Assembly (NCBI RefSeq): GCF_006345805.1
Contig: NC_043005.1
Coordinates: forward strand, 19,964,001-20,028,000
Direction: 5' to 3'
Length of the DNA: 64,000 nt
From: Octopus sinensis
Lineage: Eukaryota
Under the pieces are notes generated by a model. It made no database searches. It had not been told where the DNA came from and saw only the letters and a program-made list of their open reading frames with translations. Position 1 is the stretch's first letter. Every line of letters starts with the position of its first letter. Below, piece by piece: positions 40,484 through 54,403 of this stretch. The translations under genes were made by a program, and so were the position numbers.

Positions 40484-41331
40484 GTTATTATTATTATTAT
40501 TATTTAGTAATAGCAGTGATAGTATTTTTATTTTCATCATTTAATCGGAATATGTTGCACAGTGATGTTCATATCCTTTGCAGACTCTACTAGACTAATG
40601 AGGAGGATTCAAAACTCTCACCTGAGCTATCCAAGGTCAACTTCTTGGCTCTTGAAAATATGTACCTCCTCTGCTGCAGTAGCACCTACTTATATATTTA
40701 ATTTGACAACTTTATTGGTGGGTGATAAAGCATCATACCACTTATTAGAATATCATTTTAATCTAAGTTGACTGATAATAAATTTTGTCATAATTCTGAA
40801 ATAATTTGGAAAGTGGGCAATGATTTAAAAAGAGTTAAATAATGAATGGATATAATTGCATATCATTGGTCTAGACACTCAGTTACAGCAGCTGTCCCTC
40901 ACCATCATTCCTCTGACTTGGCAATAATCCTGCCAACTTTTAATGTTTAATAGGGAATACATCAAGGCAATGATGAACAAGCTTTAACTCCATTACAGCT
41001 TTTATTTGATTTACATGTAACTATTATTTCAACTGTTATTAACAATTCTGTTTGAAGTGCGCTAGTTAGTGAAACCTGTAAAGTGACACACTAAAACTCA
41101 CCAACAGCATTTTGTTTCATCAGTCTTATGTGCTGGGATCAAATCATCACAAGGTACCTACTTTGCTTTATTCTTTTTTATTCCTTTGGGATTGATGGTA
41201 CAAGTATCAAGCATGTACTTAGTATTAGTTCAAAAAGACTGCTGAGAGGTAGAAGAACCAACACACTCTTATCCACAAATTTCTGGTCTTGAGCCTATGT
41301 AAGAAATTGTTATTGTTGTTGTTCTTGTTGT

Positions 41332-42078
41332 TAAGGTAATGAGTTGGCAGAATCATTAGCATTCCAGGCAACATGCTTAGCAGCATTTCTTCCATCTTTA
41401 CATTCTGAGTTCAATTTCTGCCAAATCAGCTTTGCTTTCCATCTGTTCAGGGTCATTGAAATAAGGATCAGTTGAACACTGAGGTCAATGTATTCAACTA
41501 GCCCCCTTCCCAAAAAATTTCAGGCTTTGTGCCTATAGTAGAAAGGATTATTATTATCAATTACAATCATTTGTACACCAGACAAAATACTTAGTGATAT
41601 TCCATTTGGAATATCCCTAAGTTCTGAGTTCAAACTCTGCTGAGATCAACTTTGAGTGATATTCCATTTGGAATATCACTAAGTTCTGAGTTCAAACTCT
41701 GCTGAGATCAACTTTGCCTTTCAACTTCCCAAAGTCAATAAAATAAGTACCAGTTGAACTCTGGGGTTTATATAATCGACTATACCTTTCTCCCAAACTT
41801 TTGGGCCCCTAATAGAGAGAATTACTATCATTATTACTAGATTAGCAGAATTGTTAGGGTGTCAGAAATGCTTTGCACTATTTTTCTGACTCTTTACATT
41901 CTGAGATTAAATCCCATCAAGGCCACCATTGCCTTTCATCACACTGGGATGGATAAAATAAGCTATTTATTAAGTACTAGGGTGGATAGTACTGGTTAAC
42001 CATCTCCCCTCTAAGTTAATGGCCTTCTGCCTAAATTAAAGACAATTATTATTATTGTTGTTGTTGTTGTTATTGTTA

Positions 42079-42138
<60 letters not shown>

Positions 42139-42508
42139 TATTATTATTCAGGAATTAAACTGGTAGAATCGTTAGCATGCTGGGCGAAATGCTTAGTGGT
42201 ATTTCGTCTGCTGCTGCATTCTGAGTTCAAATTCTGCCAAGGTCAACTTTGCCTGTCATATTTTCGGGGTCAATAAATTAAGTACCAGTGGAATATTAGG
42301 ATCAATGTAATCGACTTAACCCTTCCTCCTAAATTTTAGGCCTCATGCCTATAGTAGAAAGGACTATTATTATTATAGCCCATCTTTTATACCATGACAA
42401 AACAATGTACATGATAGCACTTCCTATCAGTTAAGATCAGAAACCACGAGAGCCACTGCCTGGTACTGCATCAGGGCAATTTATACTGTATCAGGGCAAT
42501 TGGTACTG

Positions 42509-42568
<60 letters not shown>

Positions 42569-42576
42569 TACTACTA

Positions 42577-42609
<33 letters not shown>

Positions 42610-43375
42610 TTATTATGGTACAGGGTCGGGGTGTGATAGAATTGGTAGAACATTGGACAAAATGCCCTGTGTACCTTTCAATTCAGAGTTTAAAAACCCT
42701 GCTGGGTTCATCTTGTCTTTTCAACTTTCTTAGATACATAGAATAAGTTCCTGTTAATGACATGTCATTTTGAACACGTATTACTACTTCCTAAAAGTGT
42801 CAGAAATTATTATTGTTGTTGTTGATATGATAATTATTATCATTAAAGGCGGCAAGCTGGCAGCATCATTAGCACACTGGACAAAATGCTTGACAGCATT
42901 CCTTCCAGCCCTTTACAGTCTGAGTTCAAATTCCACTGAGGTTAAGTTTGCTATTCCTCCTTTTGGGGTCAATAAATTAAGTACTAGTTGCATATTGGAG
43001 CCAATCTAATCAGCTGGCCCCCTCTCCAAAACTTTCAGGCCTTGTGCCTAGAGTAGAAAAGAATAAATTAAGTACCAGTCATGCATTGGGGTCAATATAA
43101 TTGACTTGCTCCTCCTCTAAGTTTCAGGCCTTGTGCTTATTCTAGAAAGGATTATCCGTATTTTAAGGCAATAAGGTGGCTGAATCATTTGTGCATTGGA
43201 CAATATGCTTAGCAGCATTTCTTCCACCTCTTTACAATCTGAGCTCAAATCCTGCAAAGATCAGATTTGCCTTTGTCAATAAAATAAAATACCAGTCAAG
43301 TACTGGGTTGATGTAAGCAACTAACAACCTACACACTAAAACTGTTGGCTTTGTACCAGAATTTGAAACAATTAT
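41332..43375 (+). mobile_element. Chain of about 7-8 same-orientation subfamily-B SINE copies interleaved with (TTA)n and an X fragment (42377-42475)
   Basis: Heads near 41332, 41560, 41838, 42150, 42620, 42845 and 43165; tails ...gcctatagtagaaagg-attattatt. Confidence 0.7.
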
Positions 43376-46300
43376 TATTATTATTATTATTATTTTAGAA
43401 GTATTGGAATATCAAAAACAGCAATGCTGGACATTTTGTCCAGTACTTTGCATTAATGAGAAGTGATTATGAAGAATGTTTGCAATATAAGCTAAATTAC
43501 TGAATTGGAAATTGTGTGTAGAATATTTGATATGACTACTGGGGTCATTTTGGGTTGTTGTGTATAAAAGTTATGAATCATATCATCCTACAAACATGCT
43601 TTTATTTTTATTTGTTATCAAAATTATTATAACAATAATAATCTGTAGTGTATTTCTTACTTTCACTCCTACATATTACTTTTTTTTTTTTACGTAGGTC
43701 CTTGCACTTTGATAGATTTTTGACAATTTTTTTGATGAATATTCTAGTTAGAAGCAGCCGAAATATCCATCACAATATATAGGTCTTCCTTACTCTCTTT
43801 AATCATGATATCCGAACAGTTTGATCACTGTCAGTTGAGACAGACATAACTATGAGTGCCATAGCATTGACATTAATCACAACTTGGATTTGATGCTTGC
43901 TTGTACATTTATCTTTACGTTTGACATGGAAAGTTTTATAGCAGCATTTCCCCACCTTTATATGCTTCGAGCAGCCTTGAAATACACTCCATATTTCAAA
44001 GAAATTCCTACATGAAAATTATTGTATATCTTTAATCATCTTTTCCTTTTTCTTTCATGAAGTGAAATTTCATAAGAAATTTAACAAATCATAAAACTGT
44101 CTTTGAATGTTAGGCAATATTAAAGCCATCAGACACATCAAAGAAAGCTTAAGAGATTTTTTTCTTGAGCAAAACCTTAATTAGATCAAATTCCCCTATA
44201 ATTCTCTATCAAGGGGTCATTTTTTTCATATAAGGCATCCTTACAAAAGGCTAGGATTTCCCTATGTTAGAGAATATGCCACATGTATATATACAATAAA
44301 ATTATGAGTATAAAAATGAATGTAAAAATAACCAAAAGATGCATTTATACATATCACCATTTCCCACAGTATCAAAAAGTCATAAAGAAAAGCATCTAGG
44401 AAATGCTGGTCGTATTTGGTTATATTCTAATGTTCGTTCATTGTTATCGACGATGACTAAGAACATCACATGAGAAAAGAGGATGGATCACAGTATGTCC
44501 AGCTGTGGCCAACTAGTCTGATGTATGCTCAGAAGGTTCGGTCATAGGTCAGGCACAGGTGGTCTGCTGAGACTGAAGACAAAAAGTTGGCTCTGAACTT
44601 GTGCAGCTCACATTTTCTTTATACTCCTGTTATATTCAGTCTTAACCAAGAATGAGCAACTTGAAGTAGGTAGCTAACTGGTTCTCTACATCATTAAATG
44701 TATAATCTAAAATTATTGATACATTTTCATTTTTAATATTTTTTCCTTTATTCTTCTATTGTGGCTAAGCATTGATGTCTTGCAGCTGAAGTCTAATCTT
44801 CTATTTTAGACTTTAGTTCAGAGTATTTGAGCCATTGCTGACTCTCTGACCAGCCAGTGGGTGAATTTGGTAGACAGAAACTGAAAAAAGCCCATCATAT
44901 ATATACATATATATATGTATATGTGTGTGTGTATATGTGAAGACACATGGCTCAGTTTTTAGAGCGTGTCTGTATTTGTCCCTCACCACCACTTGACAAT
45001 GATGTTGGTGTGTTTACATCCCCATAACTTAGCGGTTTGGCCAAAGTGACCAATAGAACAAGTACCAGACTTTTAAAAAATAAGTCCTAGAGTCAATTTC
45101 TTCGATTAAAACCCTTCAAAGTACTGCCCCAGCGTGGTCACAGTCAAATAACTGAGACAAGTAAAAGACAGAGAAACATTTTGTTTTCCAAGTCCCTTTA
45201 CTAAACTAACCAGTATTTTTCAGACCCCACTGTGGTAATTTAGTAATAGTTCTTTCTCTATATAACAGACTTTTCCTCCATGTATGTGTGATAAGTATAT
45301 CCTGTCTGTATCAGCTTTTAGGATTGTAGGTTTGGAATGCAATTATATTTTTTTAGTTTTTGGCTTTGCTACCGAAGTTCCTGGTGCACTTAACACCCTG
45401 TTTATTATATTAAAGCTGTAATTTGTGAATGGGTTGATTAATGTATTCATACCTATTATCAAATATCTGGCAGTAATCTGTAATATTCTTCTCTTCGTTT
45501 TTGTATATTGTATCTTCTAATTCTCTGATTTCAGTGTCTAACTCAACTTGATATTTTAAGTTTTAATTTATTTGCCTCTTCTGAGGGTATCTTACACATT
45601 TTTGTCTAATTTCATACTCATTTTGATATTACTACTAAATCCATCTATAAGTATTTAAGTAGGTTCTCCAGTTGGGTGGTACTTTTTGTGTATACAGAAG
45701 ATTGAACATAGTTTCTTAATTTTTCCTTCTTTCCTCGAAGTATTTGTTATAAATGGAGTCAGAACAAGACAGAAAAAATTCTTCTTCTTATGAAGATAGA
45801 ACTGGTTTTTATTATCTTCTCTATTTTGCTGTGATATGGATATTTTTCATTTGACATTGTATGGTTGATGTACTATCTTAGTATTAGGGTTACTGTTTAT
45901 TTACTGTAACTCTACTCATGACCATCATCATCATCTTGTTTTTTACCATATTGGCATGCATCAACTGGTATCTCACAATGTCTTCACCATTTGTCATAGT
46001 ACTTTATCATTTCTGGCATTCATAGCAACAGAGACAACCAACCAACTTTGCTATTGTGTGTATGTCTATTTTCTTTATATTTATCTATTTTTTGTATGAT
46101 TTTTGTGTATTGATGCCCTTTCTGTTATAAAGTACTTTAAAGCATGACCTGCATATATTTTATCATACACTGGCATCGAATAGGTTGCCTGTGAAAGAAT
46201 GGAAGAATCCTAGATACTGAAATATGGAGTGTGGTTTCTGTTGAAATATTTGCAATAATTAAATGTGGTGTTCTTAGGTTTTGATTTCTGCTATCTTCAA

Positions 46301-46736
46301 TGAACTGAGTAGTTACTCATTTCACTGCTCTTCATATCAATTCTTCTTCTTCTCACCAACAGTTTTGTGTTGTGGTAAGGTGATACTATCCAGATAAACA
46401 TCCAGCCTGCTGTAAAGTGGTGAAATGGCAGAATTGTTGGAGCATTGTGGCATTAGTTTTAGATCCTTGCACTCTGATTTAAATCCCACTTGCCTACCAT
46501 TTTCTTTGGGAAGGGTTTCATAAAATTAAATGCCAGTCTAGAGCAGTGGATTGACAAAATGGATAGAGCATTGTTTGAGATGCCTTGTGGTTGTTGTTCT
46601 TGGATAGTAGAATTAATCCATCACCTAATTTAATACCACTACCCAGTCTTTGGGTGACTTTAGCAGAGTTCACTCAATTGCAAGCATTCAAGCCACATCT
46701 CTGATTTAAAGATAACTTCCTTTTTTCATTCTCCAT

Positions 46737-47044
46737 TGTTTTGTTTGTTCCTTCTCGAGCCATGCCTGGCTCATAAGAGCCGGTTACCTGGTTTCTTGGC
46801 ATATAAGTTCCCCACCTGGACGGGACGCCAGTCTGTCGCAGGTGAGCTGCAAGATGCAGGAGGAAAGAGTGAGAGAAAGTTGTGGCGAAAGAGTCAGCAG
46901 AAGTTTCGCCATTACCTTCTGCCGGAGCCACGTGGAGCTTAGGTGTTGCACTCATAAACACACACATCGCCCGGTCTGAGATTCGAACCTACGATCCCTC
47001 AGCCACGAGTCCGCTGCTCTAACCACTAGGCCATGTGCCTCCAC
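46737..47044 (-). mobile_element. Full-length tRNA-derived SINE with Meta/V-SINE-like central motif
   Basis: A box TGGCCTAGTGG, B box GGTTCGAATC, cctgcgacagactggcgtcccgtccagg, (AAAC)-like tail, and 13-bp TSD TTTCATTCTCCAT / TTTCGTTCTCCAT. Confidence 0.88.
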
Positions 47045-47223
47045 TTTCGTTCTCCATCAGTCTCAGTGGCCCTGAAAAACTATGGCTATAGGCACTGTCT
47101 TCTTTTCTAAATAAACAATAAAAAAGAAAATATATATTGATATCAGAACTGTGTATATTATTGATAAACATATCATTGGTCTAAAGTTTGTTTTGGTAGA
47201 TTTGTATTATTTTTACCCTATAG

Positions 47224-47576
47224 CAATGATTCTCAAATAATGTACAGCAGTGCACTGCTTTGCTACACTGCAGTATCACAAAGGATATCTAACTGCACCG
47301 AAAGGTGTATCTAGCTGCACCACAGATGTTTAAAAATATAATTTAAGGCTTTAGGAAATTCTAAACAAGTGCTTGAGTGTCTTAAAACTGTATTATTTAC
47401 AAGCTTGTTTATACATAAATGTGATTAATTAAAGAAAGTAAGTAATAGTTTTCTAAATATTCTCTAAATTTTTAACAAGAGTTTTTTTTTTTTTTCTTAA
47501 TTTCCATGTGATGTGTGCCAGTAATTTTTATCTGATCTCCAGTGCAACATGAAATCAAAAAGATTGAAAACTACTG
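47224..47576. mobile_element. Possible hAT-Charlie MITE
   Basis: CAATGATTCTCAAA ... TTGAAAACTACTG ends; no clean 8-bp TSD. Confidence 0.4.
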
Positions 47577-47789
47577 TTAAATATAGCCACCAGTTTTTTT
47601 TTTTTTTGCATTATTTGTAATTAAGTAAATGCTGTTGTAGCTTTGTGTATACTCATTAACTGCTTTAACTAGAAATTGGAGACTCTATAAATTCTGGGTG
47701 CCCTCCAGTTGTTTAGTGGCCTTGAATCTGTTAGTAAATTCTCCAGTTACAATGTTCTTTCTATCCATTGTACATTTTCACTGCAGACT

Positions 47790-48182
47790 CTTTTGTACAT
47801 CTAACAAAATGGTTTGTAGTATTTCTTCCAGCTCTTTACATTCTGAGTTCAAATTCCCTCAAATTCCCTTTTATCCCTTCAAGTACCAGTTGAGCACTGG
47901 GGTCAACGTAATTGATTACCACTTTCCCACTAAACATGTCAGCCTTGTACCAAAATTTCAAACCATTCTTATTAATAATAAGATGGGAATCGTTAGCATG
48001 CCAGGCAAAATGCTTAATGGCATTTCACCAATCTTAACATTCTGAATTCAAGTTCCACAGGGGCGGCTTTATCTTTTTTCCTTTTAGGGTTGATAAAATA
48101 ACTACCAGTTCCACACTGGGGTTGATGTAATTGTCTATCCCACTTCGCTGAAATTTCAGGCCTTGTGCCTGTAGTGAAAACA
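47790..48182 (+). mobile_element. Two tandem subfamily-B SINE copies
   Basis: B-box remnants and aagtaccagtt..cactggggt cores, ending in (TTA)n. Confidence 0.65.
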
Positions 48183-48191
48183 ATTATTAAG

Positions 48192-48227
<36 letters not shown>

Positions 48228-48267
48228 GTTATTATTATTATCATTATTATTATTATCATTATTATTA

Positions 48268-48310
<43 letters not shown>

Positions 48311-48870
48311 CATTGAGTGAGAGAGCAGTGCATGCCATCAAAGTGACACTGGGGTACAATTATACGAAGCACAATATACCCATCATTACTACCTGTGTGA
48401 TAAAGGTACACCAGGCACATGCATCACAACCATATGTGCACGACATGGTGATCTCATATCAAGATCAACAGCACATGACCTTGCAGGTGGGGCCCAGTTA
48501 GAGTTTTCTTCTAGCTGAGTAACCCATCCTGCTCAAAAGGTACCCGAATAAGGGTTATTCAAGGATGTTGAATGAAACACCTATGTTTCCGGAGGTGAAT
48601 TATTCAAACCCCAAAGAATCCCTCTCAACACATGGCTATGATGCTCCCCCACTACTTCTGCTTGTGATCAGAGATGCACATATTGTCAGCCACTAAGGGA
48701 CATGCTCAACTGGTTACGGTCAAACAACTGACAAATAAATCTGTGGTATTGAGCAGAATATTTGCTGTAGCCCATCTTTTATACCAAGACAAAACAATGT
48801 ACATGATAACACTTCCAATCAGTTAAGATCAGAAGCCACGAGAGCCACTGCCTGGTACTGCATCATGGTA
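48311..48870 (+). mobile_element. Element X, full-length copy 1
   Basis: cattgagtgagagagcag...cctggtactgcatcatggta, flanked by (TTA)n. Confidence 0.85.
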
Positions 48871-48896
48871 TTATTATTATTATATTATTATTATTA

Positions 48897-48929
<33 letters not shown>

Positions 48930-49489
48930 CATTGAGTGAGAGAGCAGTGCATGCCATCAAAGTGACACTGGGGTACAATTATACGAAGCACAATATACCC
49001 ATCATTACTACCTGTGTGATAAAGGTACACCAGGCACATGCATCACAACCATATGTGCACGACATGGTGATCTCATATCAAGATCAACAGCACATGACCT
49101 TGCAGGTGGGGCCCAGTTAGAGTTTTCTTCTAGCTGAGTAACCCATCCTGCTCAAAAGGTACCCGAATAAGGGTTATTCAAGGATGTTGAATGAAACACC
49201 TATGTTTCCGGAGGTGAATTATTCAAACCCCAAAGAATCCCTCTCAACACATGGCTATGATGCTCCCCCACTACTTCTGCTTGTGATCAGAGATGCACAT
49301 ATTGTCAGCCACTAAGGGACATGCTCAACTGGTTACGGTCAAACAACTGACAAATAAATCTGTGGTATTGAGCAGAATATTTGCTGTAGCCCATCTTTTA
49401 TACCAAGACAAAACAATGTACATGATAACACTTCCAATCAGTTAAGATCAGAAGCCACGAGAGCCACTGCCTGGTACTGCATCATGGTA
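48930..49489 (+). mobile_element. Element X, full-length copy 2 (apparently identical to copy 1)
   Basis: Offset 619 bp from copy 1; no differences seen by eye. Confidence 0.85.
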
Positions 49490-49557
<68 letters not shown>

Positions 49558-49620
49558 GATTGCTATAATTATCATCATCATCATCATCATTATTATTATT
49601 ATTATTATTGTTATTATTAT

Positions 49621-50010
49621 AGACGTCGCACTGTATACAATATCGTGAGGTTGTTGATTGAAGATATTGTGTCTACTAGGAGTTTGTAGTGTTTGTCAAG
49701 TCAGAACAAGGGCCTCAGACAGACAGTACTTTACACAGTATGCATGCAGTTCCAAGTAATGCCGACTTTTGCAATACATCTACATTGTAGGGTATTTCTA
49801 AGGTTTCCAGATGTTTTTTTTCAGATTGAGTGGTATTGAACCCAATGCTCCAATGACAATAGGGATAACCTTTATGTCTGACTCTCATATCTACCACATC
49901 TTAGCAATCTCAATTCTCAACTCTCCATATTTATCAACCTTTTCTCCTTCTTTCATGGTGATATGTTGATCTCCTGGTACTGCCACGTCAATTATTAAGT
50001 GCTCTTGTTT
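49621..50010 (-). mobile_element. R4/Dong-type RLE LINE 3' end (different lineage)
   Basis: IIDVAVPGDQHITMKEGEKVDKYGELRIEIAKMW...IVIGALGSIP...LQKSALLGTACILCKVLSV*; the 3' end abuts (TAA)n in element sense. Confidence 0.85.
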
Positions 50011-52469
50011 GTAATAATAATAATAAAGGTTACTATATCCAGCCTTCAGTGTTCTAATCATTATTATTATTAAGGCAACCAGCTTGCAGAATCATTAGAG
50101 CATTCGAAAAAAAAAATACTTTACAGTATTTTATTCCAGCTCTATACATTATGAGTTCAAATCTTATCAAGGTCAACTTTGCTTTTTTTCTTTTTATGAT
50201 TGATAATATAAAGTGTCTGTCAAGTACAAGGATCAATGGTATCAATTAAACCCTTCCCTTCAAACTGCTGGTTTTATGCCTAAATTATAAATTATTGTTG
50301 TTTCTATGCAGTAATGCAGTATTTATATACACCCCCTTATGTTCTCAATTGAATCAACATTTCTTCTCCTCACCTCTAGGGGTCAATATAATTAACTGTA
50401 CACTCTTATGAAAATTTATGGACTTGTGCCAGTGATATAAATCAATATTATTATAAGAGAGTGGCCGGTATAACTGGGAGGGTGCTGGATAGAATACCTT
50501 GCAGTATTTAGAGATTCCTCTTTTATATTCTGAGTTCAAATCTTCTTAGGATTGGTTTTATCTCTCATTATTCTTCTGAGCAGCTACGGAAATAAAACAA
50601 ACAGCAGTATTTCCGTGGGTGTCAGTCAGATTGATTATAGTTTCTTCCTTTTATTAATCTACCAATTTTAAAAACTAATTACTAAGTCGGTCACATCATT
50701 GAAAACTATACTAGGTCTTTGGATTATTTATAGTGCATTTTATTTTGCTTTTCTTATTTATTTATTTTATTTATTTATTGTAATACCATCTGTCATTTTA
50801 ATTCCTTTCCATCTTTTATTGTAAGTGCTTTGAGGCTTCATAGGGTAAAATGAGATGTTCCATATTTTTTCCTTTTTAATTTTGTCAGATCATGAAGACA
50901 TTACAAATGAGAAGAGTCAGCTGTTTCAACCAAATTATGCCACAGTTAATATATGCTATGTTGCTATGGTGATAAGTCATAGAGATAAGATGGTTGGACT
51001 GAATAAGTTATTGACCTATCTATCCATGAGTCATAACTTTAAATACACTACAGGTAACATTCCCTCTAAGCTGCATAGGTGTGTGGCTGTTCATTCCCTG
51101 TAATGGTGCAGCACACATAGAAATAGCCTTCATTTAAATTTACATTCATGTACAAGGCATTCCATTTTCTGTACTGATGTTATGATGGAATCTGTCATAT
51201 TCTTTCTATGAGTGAATAGTGAGAAAGGCTACCTCTCAAGGGTTTGTGCCATGAAAACACACCCAGCAAACAGTGTAAAGAGATTGGCAAATGAGCAAAG
51301 AAAGTGCAGAATTGTGAGGTCCCTTTGACCCTTTCTTGCCAAGGTTTTCTCAAATTCTTTAATGCTGATGCCACAAGAAAATGCACCCTGTATGCTCAGT
51401 AGAGTGGTTAGAAATAGGAAGAGCATCCATCTGTAGAAAGAAAGCTAATATATGAGCACTTGTCTTTTGAAGCAGTAACTTCTGATAAGAAAAAACTCAG
51501 ACATCAAATCCAAAGTGGATGCTAAAGGACAATGAAATTATGATAAATGTGCTTGACAGCTGCATTTAAATTTGAGTCTGACATAGCATCATAAATTAAG
51601 TGTGTTTTCCATGCTCGCATAAGTTGGACTAGTATCTCTGAATTTAAATAAATTAAAATATCTTTGCTCAAAGTATCAAAAGTTCTGTTCAGTGGTGAAT
51701 ATTTAGAAAGTACATTGGTTACAGGTGCCTTGTGATATTTCTGAGCAGAGCATTTTATTCAACATGGCTCCAGTTTCTCCTGATTAACAGGATAAAGCAG
51801 AAGGTTCATCGGACCATTGCATAATATTTCTCACAAAAGGGTTGTGGTTTGGCAGATTCAGTAAAGTACTAAACAAAATGTCTCACAATATTTGTTTATA
51901 CTAGTGTGAGTTCTGAATTGGAATCTCTCTAGAGTTGGCTTTACCTTTCCACATTCTCATGTTGATTAAATAATAGGATCAATGAAACTGACTGTCTGTT
52001 CCTTCCAAGTTTGTGCTCATGAACCACATTTAAAAATGAATGTTTCTTTTAATAAACTGGTCAGTCTATCCAGTGGAAGATATATGTATTGGTCACATAA
52101 TATCATGAAACCACAGCTAATCACCAGCTATGGAAAGTTGCCATGAGGTTTAGGAGGCATTTTCATAACATTACATGTGGCAACAATATCCTCCAAATCT
52201 AAAATTGGCAGTTACAGAAAGGAATACAACTGAAATATTCAACAAATATCACTAACATTGCTTCCATGTTTTACACCTTACAATCATAAATTCACGTATT
52301 TGTAGCAAATTCGACCATCTGTTGTTTATAAAACTGTGCCCTTCCTTCTAAAAACATCCATCGTTGAACATTTGTTTTTTGTGTAAGCATGAAAAGTACA
52401 TTCACTGAAGCAATGTGTGTGTTTGTATGTGTGTGTGTGTGTGTCTGTGTGTAAGTATATATGTATGTA

Positions 52470-52690
<221 letters not shown>

Positions 52691-54237
52691 CATACAATGT
52701 ATACATATTACATTTATGTGTGCGTATGCATGTGTGTGTATATATTCATATATATATATATACAATGTGTGTGATTTATGAAAACAATGGGTCCAACAAA
52801 AAAATGTTTTTTTTCTGCCAGAACACATCTAGGAATGAAGTAAAACACTTTTTGTTGAGCTCATCGTTTTAATAAACATGTTCCAATTCAGTATTAATGT
52901 TTGGAGATTTTTATTCTCTGTGGTCATATGACTGAACTGGTAACTACAAGATTCACTAGTAAGCTTGTATGTTTTGTATGTGTGTGTATTTGTAAGTATG
53001 TGTGTGTATATACTATGTTTTGATGTGCGTATATACGTGTGTTTATGAGTATGTACGTGCACATGTGCTTATATATTTCTGTCTCTCCATGGACATATGT
53101 ATGCACAGAACTGCATGTTTTGACCTAGGTAGAGGTGTGTGTGTCTGTGTGTGTGTCTACATGTTTATATGTGTGTATGTATGTACCTGTTGCAATCTAA
53201 ACATTTGGGATGTTTTACATATTTTCTTTTCCATTAATGGTTTGCAATTGTAATTTCTCAATTAGCTGTATCTTTTCTGGCTATGTGAAGCCCAGTCTCT
53301 CAAGATTACTGCTGAAGCAGTAAGTTACATAGCCAAATGCCCCACTAATTACAGGTGTAAATCTAAAATTATACTAAGGGTGTTTATCTGCAGATTCAGC
53401 CTGAAGATCTGTTTTTTTATCTTTAACATTAATGTCTACTGGACAACTGATTTGTAGTGCTGTGCACACTTTCTTTGTCTGGTCTGAGATAATTAAATCT
53501 AGTTAGTTGTGTCTTACATAATACAGACATTTCAAAAGAAATATTCCACCAGCAGTTTTTATATTATGGATGATTATTCCCTCTACACCACCATACAATG
53601 TAAACCTTTCTACAGATTACATTATACACTTTTAGGTCACTTATAATGACATTTTCAGATGTGGGTGACATCTTCAATGTTAATTATACAGAATATATAT
53701 TAGTAGTTACATTTTAGTGTTTTTACTTGCACATCTATCTCTTTTATGCATCAGGTGTTTTGTTCTTTTCTGCTACAAGATTGCAAAAGTATACATTTCA
53801 AAATGACAGCAAAAACCATCATTGTTGTCAGGAGATTGGGAAAGTACTAAGAGTCTTTACTTTTCTTTGTTTATTTTTGCTGAAAGCAATAAGATCAAGA
53901 GAGTGAAAAGAAGAAAGAGTAATGAGGGAAGAACCCTGGAGATACAGGAGGTAGTAATGGAAGAGAGATAGTGACAGCAGCGGTAGCTATGTGTTGGTTT
54001 GGCTGGTTAGAGATTGAGCAAGAGAGGGATGTGTGGAGGTGAATATTGAGTGAGCTTGGAGTGAGAGAAGGATGATGGTGGGGGATGTAGAATGATGAAG
54101 TCAGTCCCAATGCAGCCCCTCGCTAGGAGAGTGAGTGATCGATGGAAAGGTATTGAAGAGCAGAGTATAGGAAACTTAACAGGAATATAATGAGTGAGAG
54201 AGAGACAAACATTGACATGCTGTGCCTCTCAGCCTCC

Positions 54238-54273
54238 ACTACTACCACCACCACCACCACCACTGCTGCTGCA

Positions 54274-54334
<61 letters not shown>

Positions 54335-54368
54335 TTACTATTACTACTACTACTAATACTACTACTAC

Positions 54369-54400
<32 letters not shown>
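54238..54400. repeat. Compound (CCA)n(CTA)n(TAA)n microsatellite
   Basis: Direct. Confidence 0.95.
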
Positions 54401-54403
<3 letters not shown>

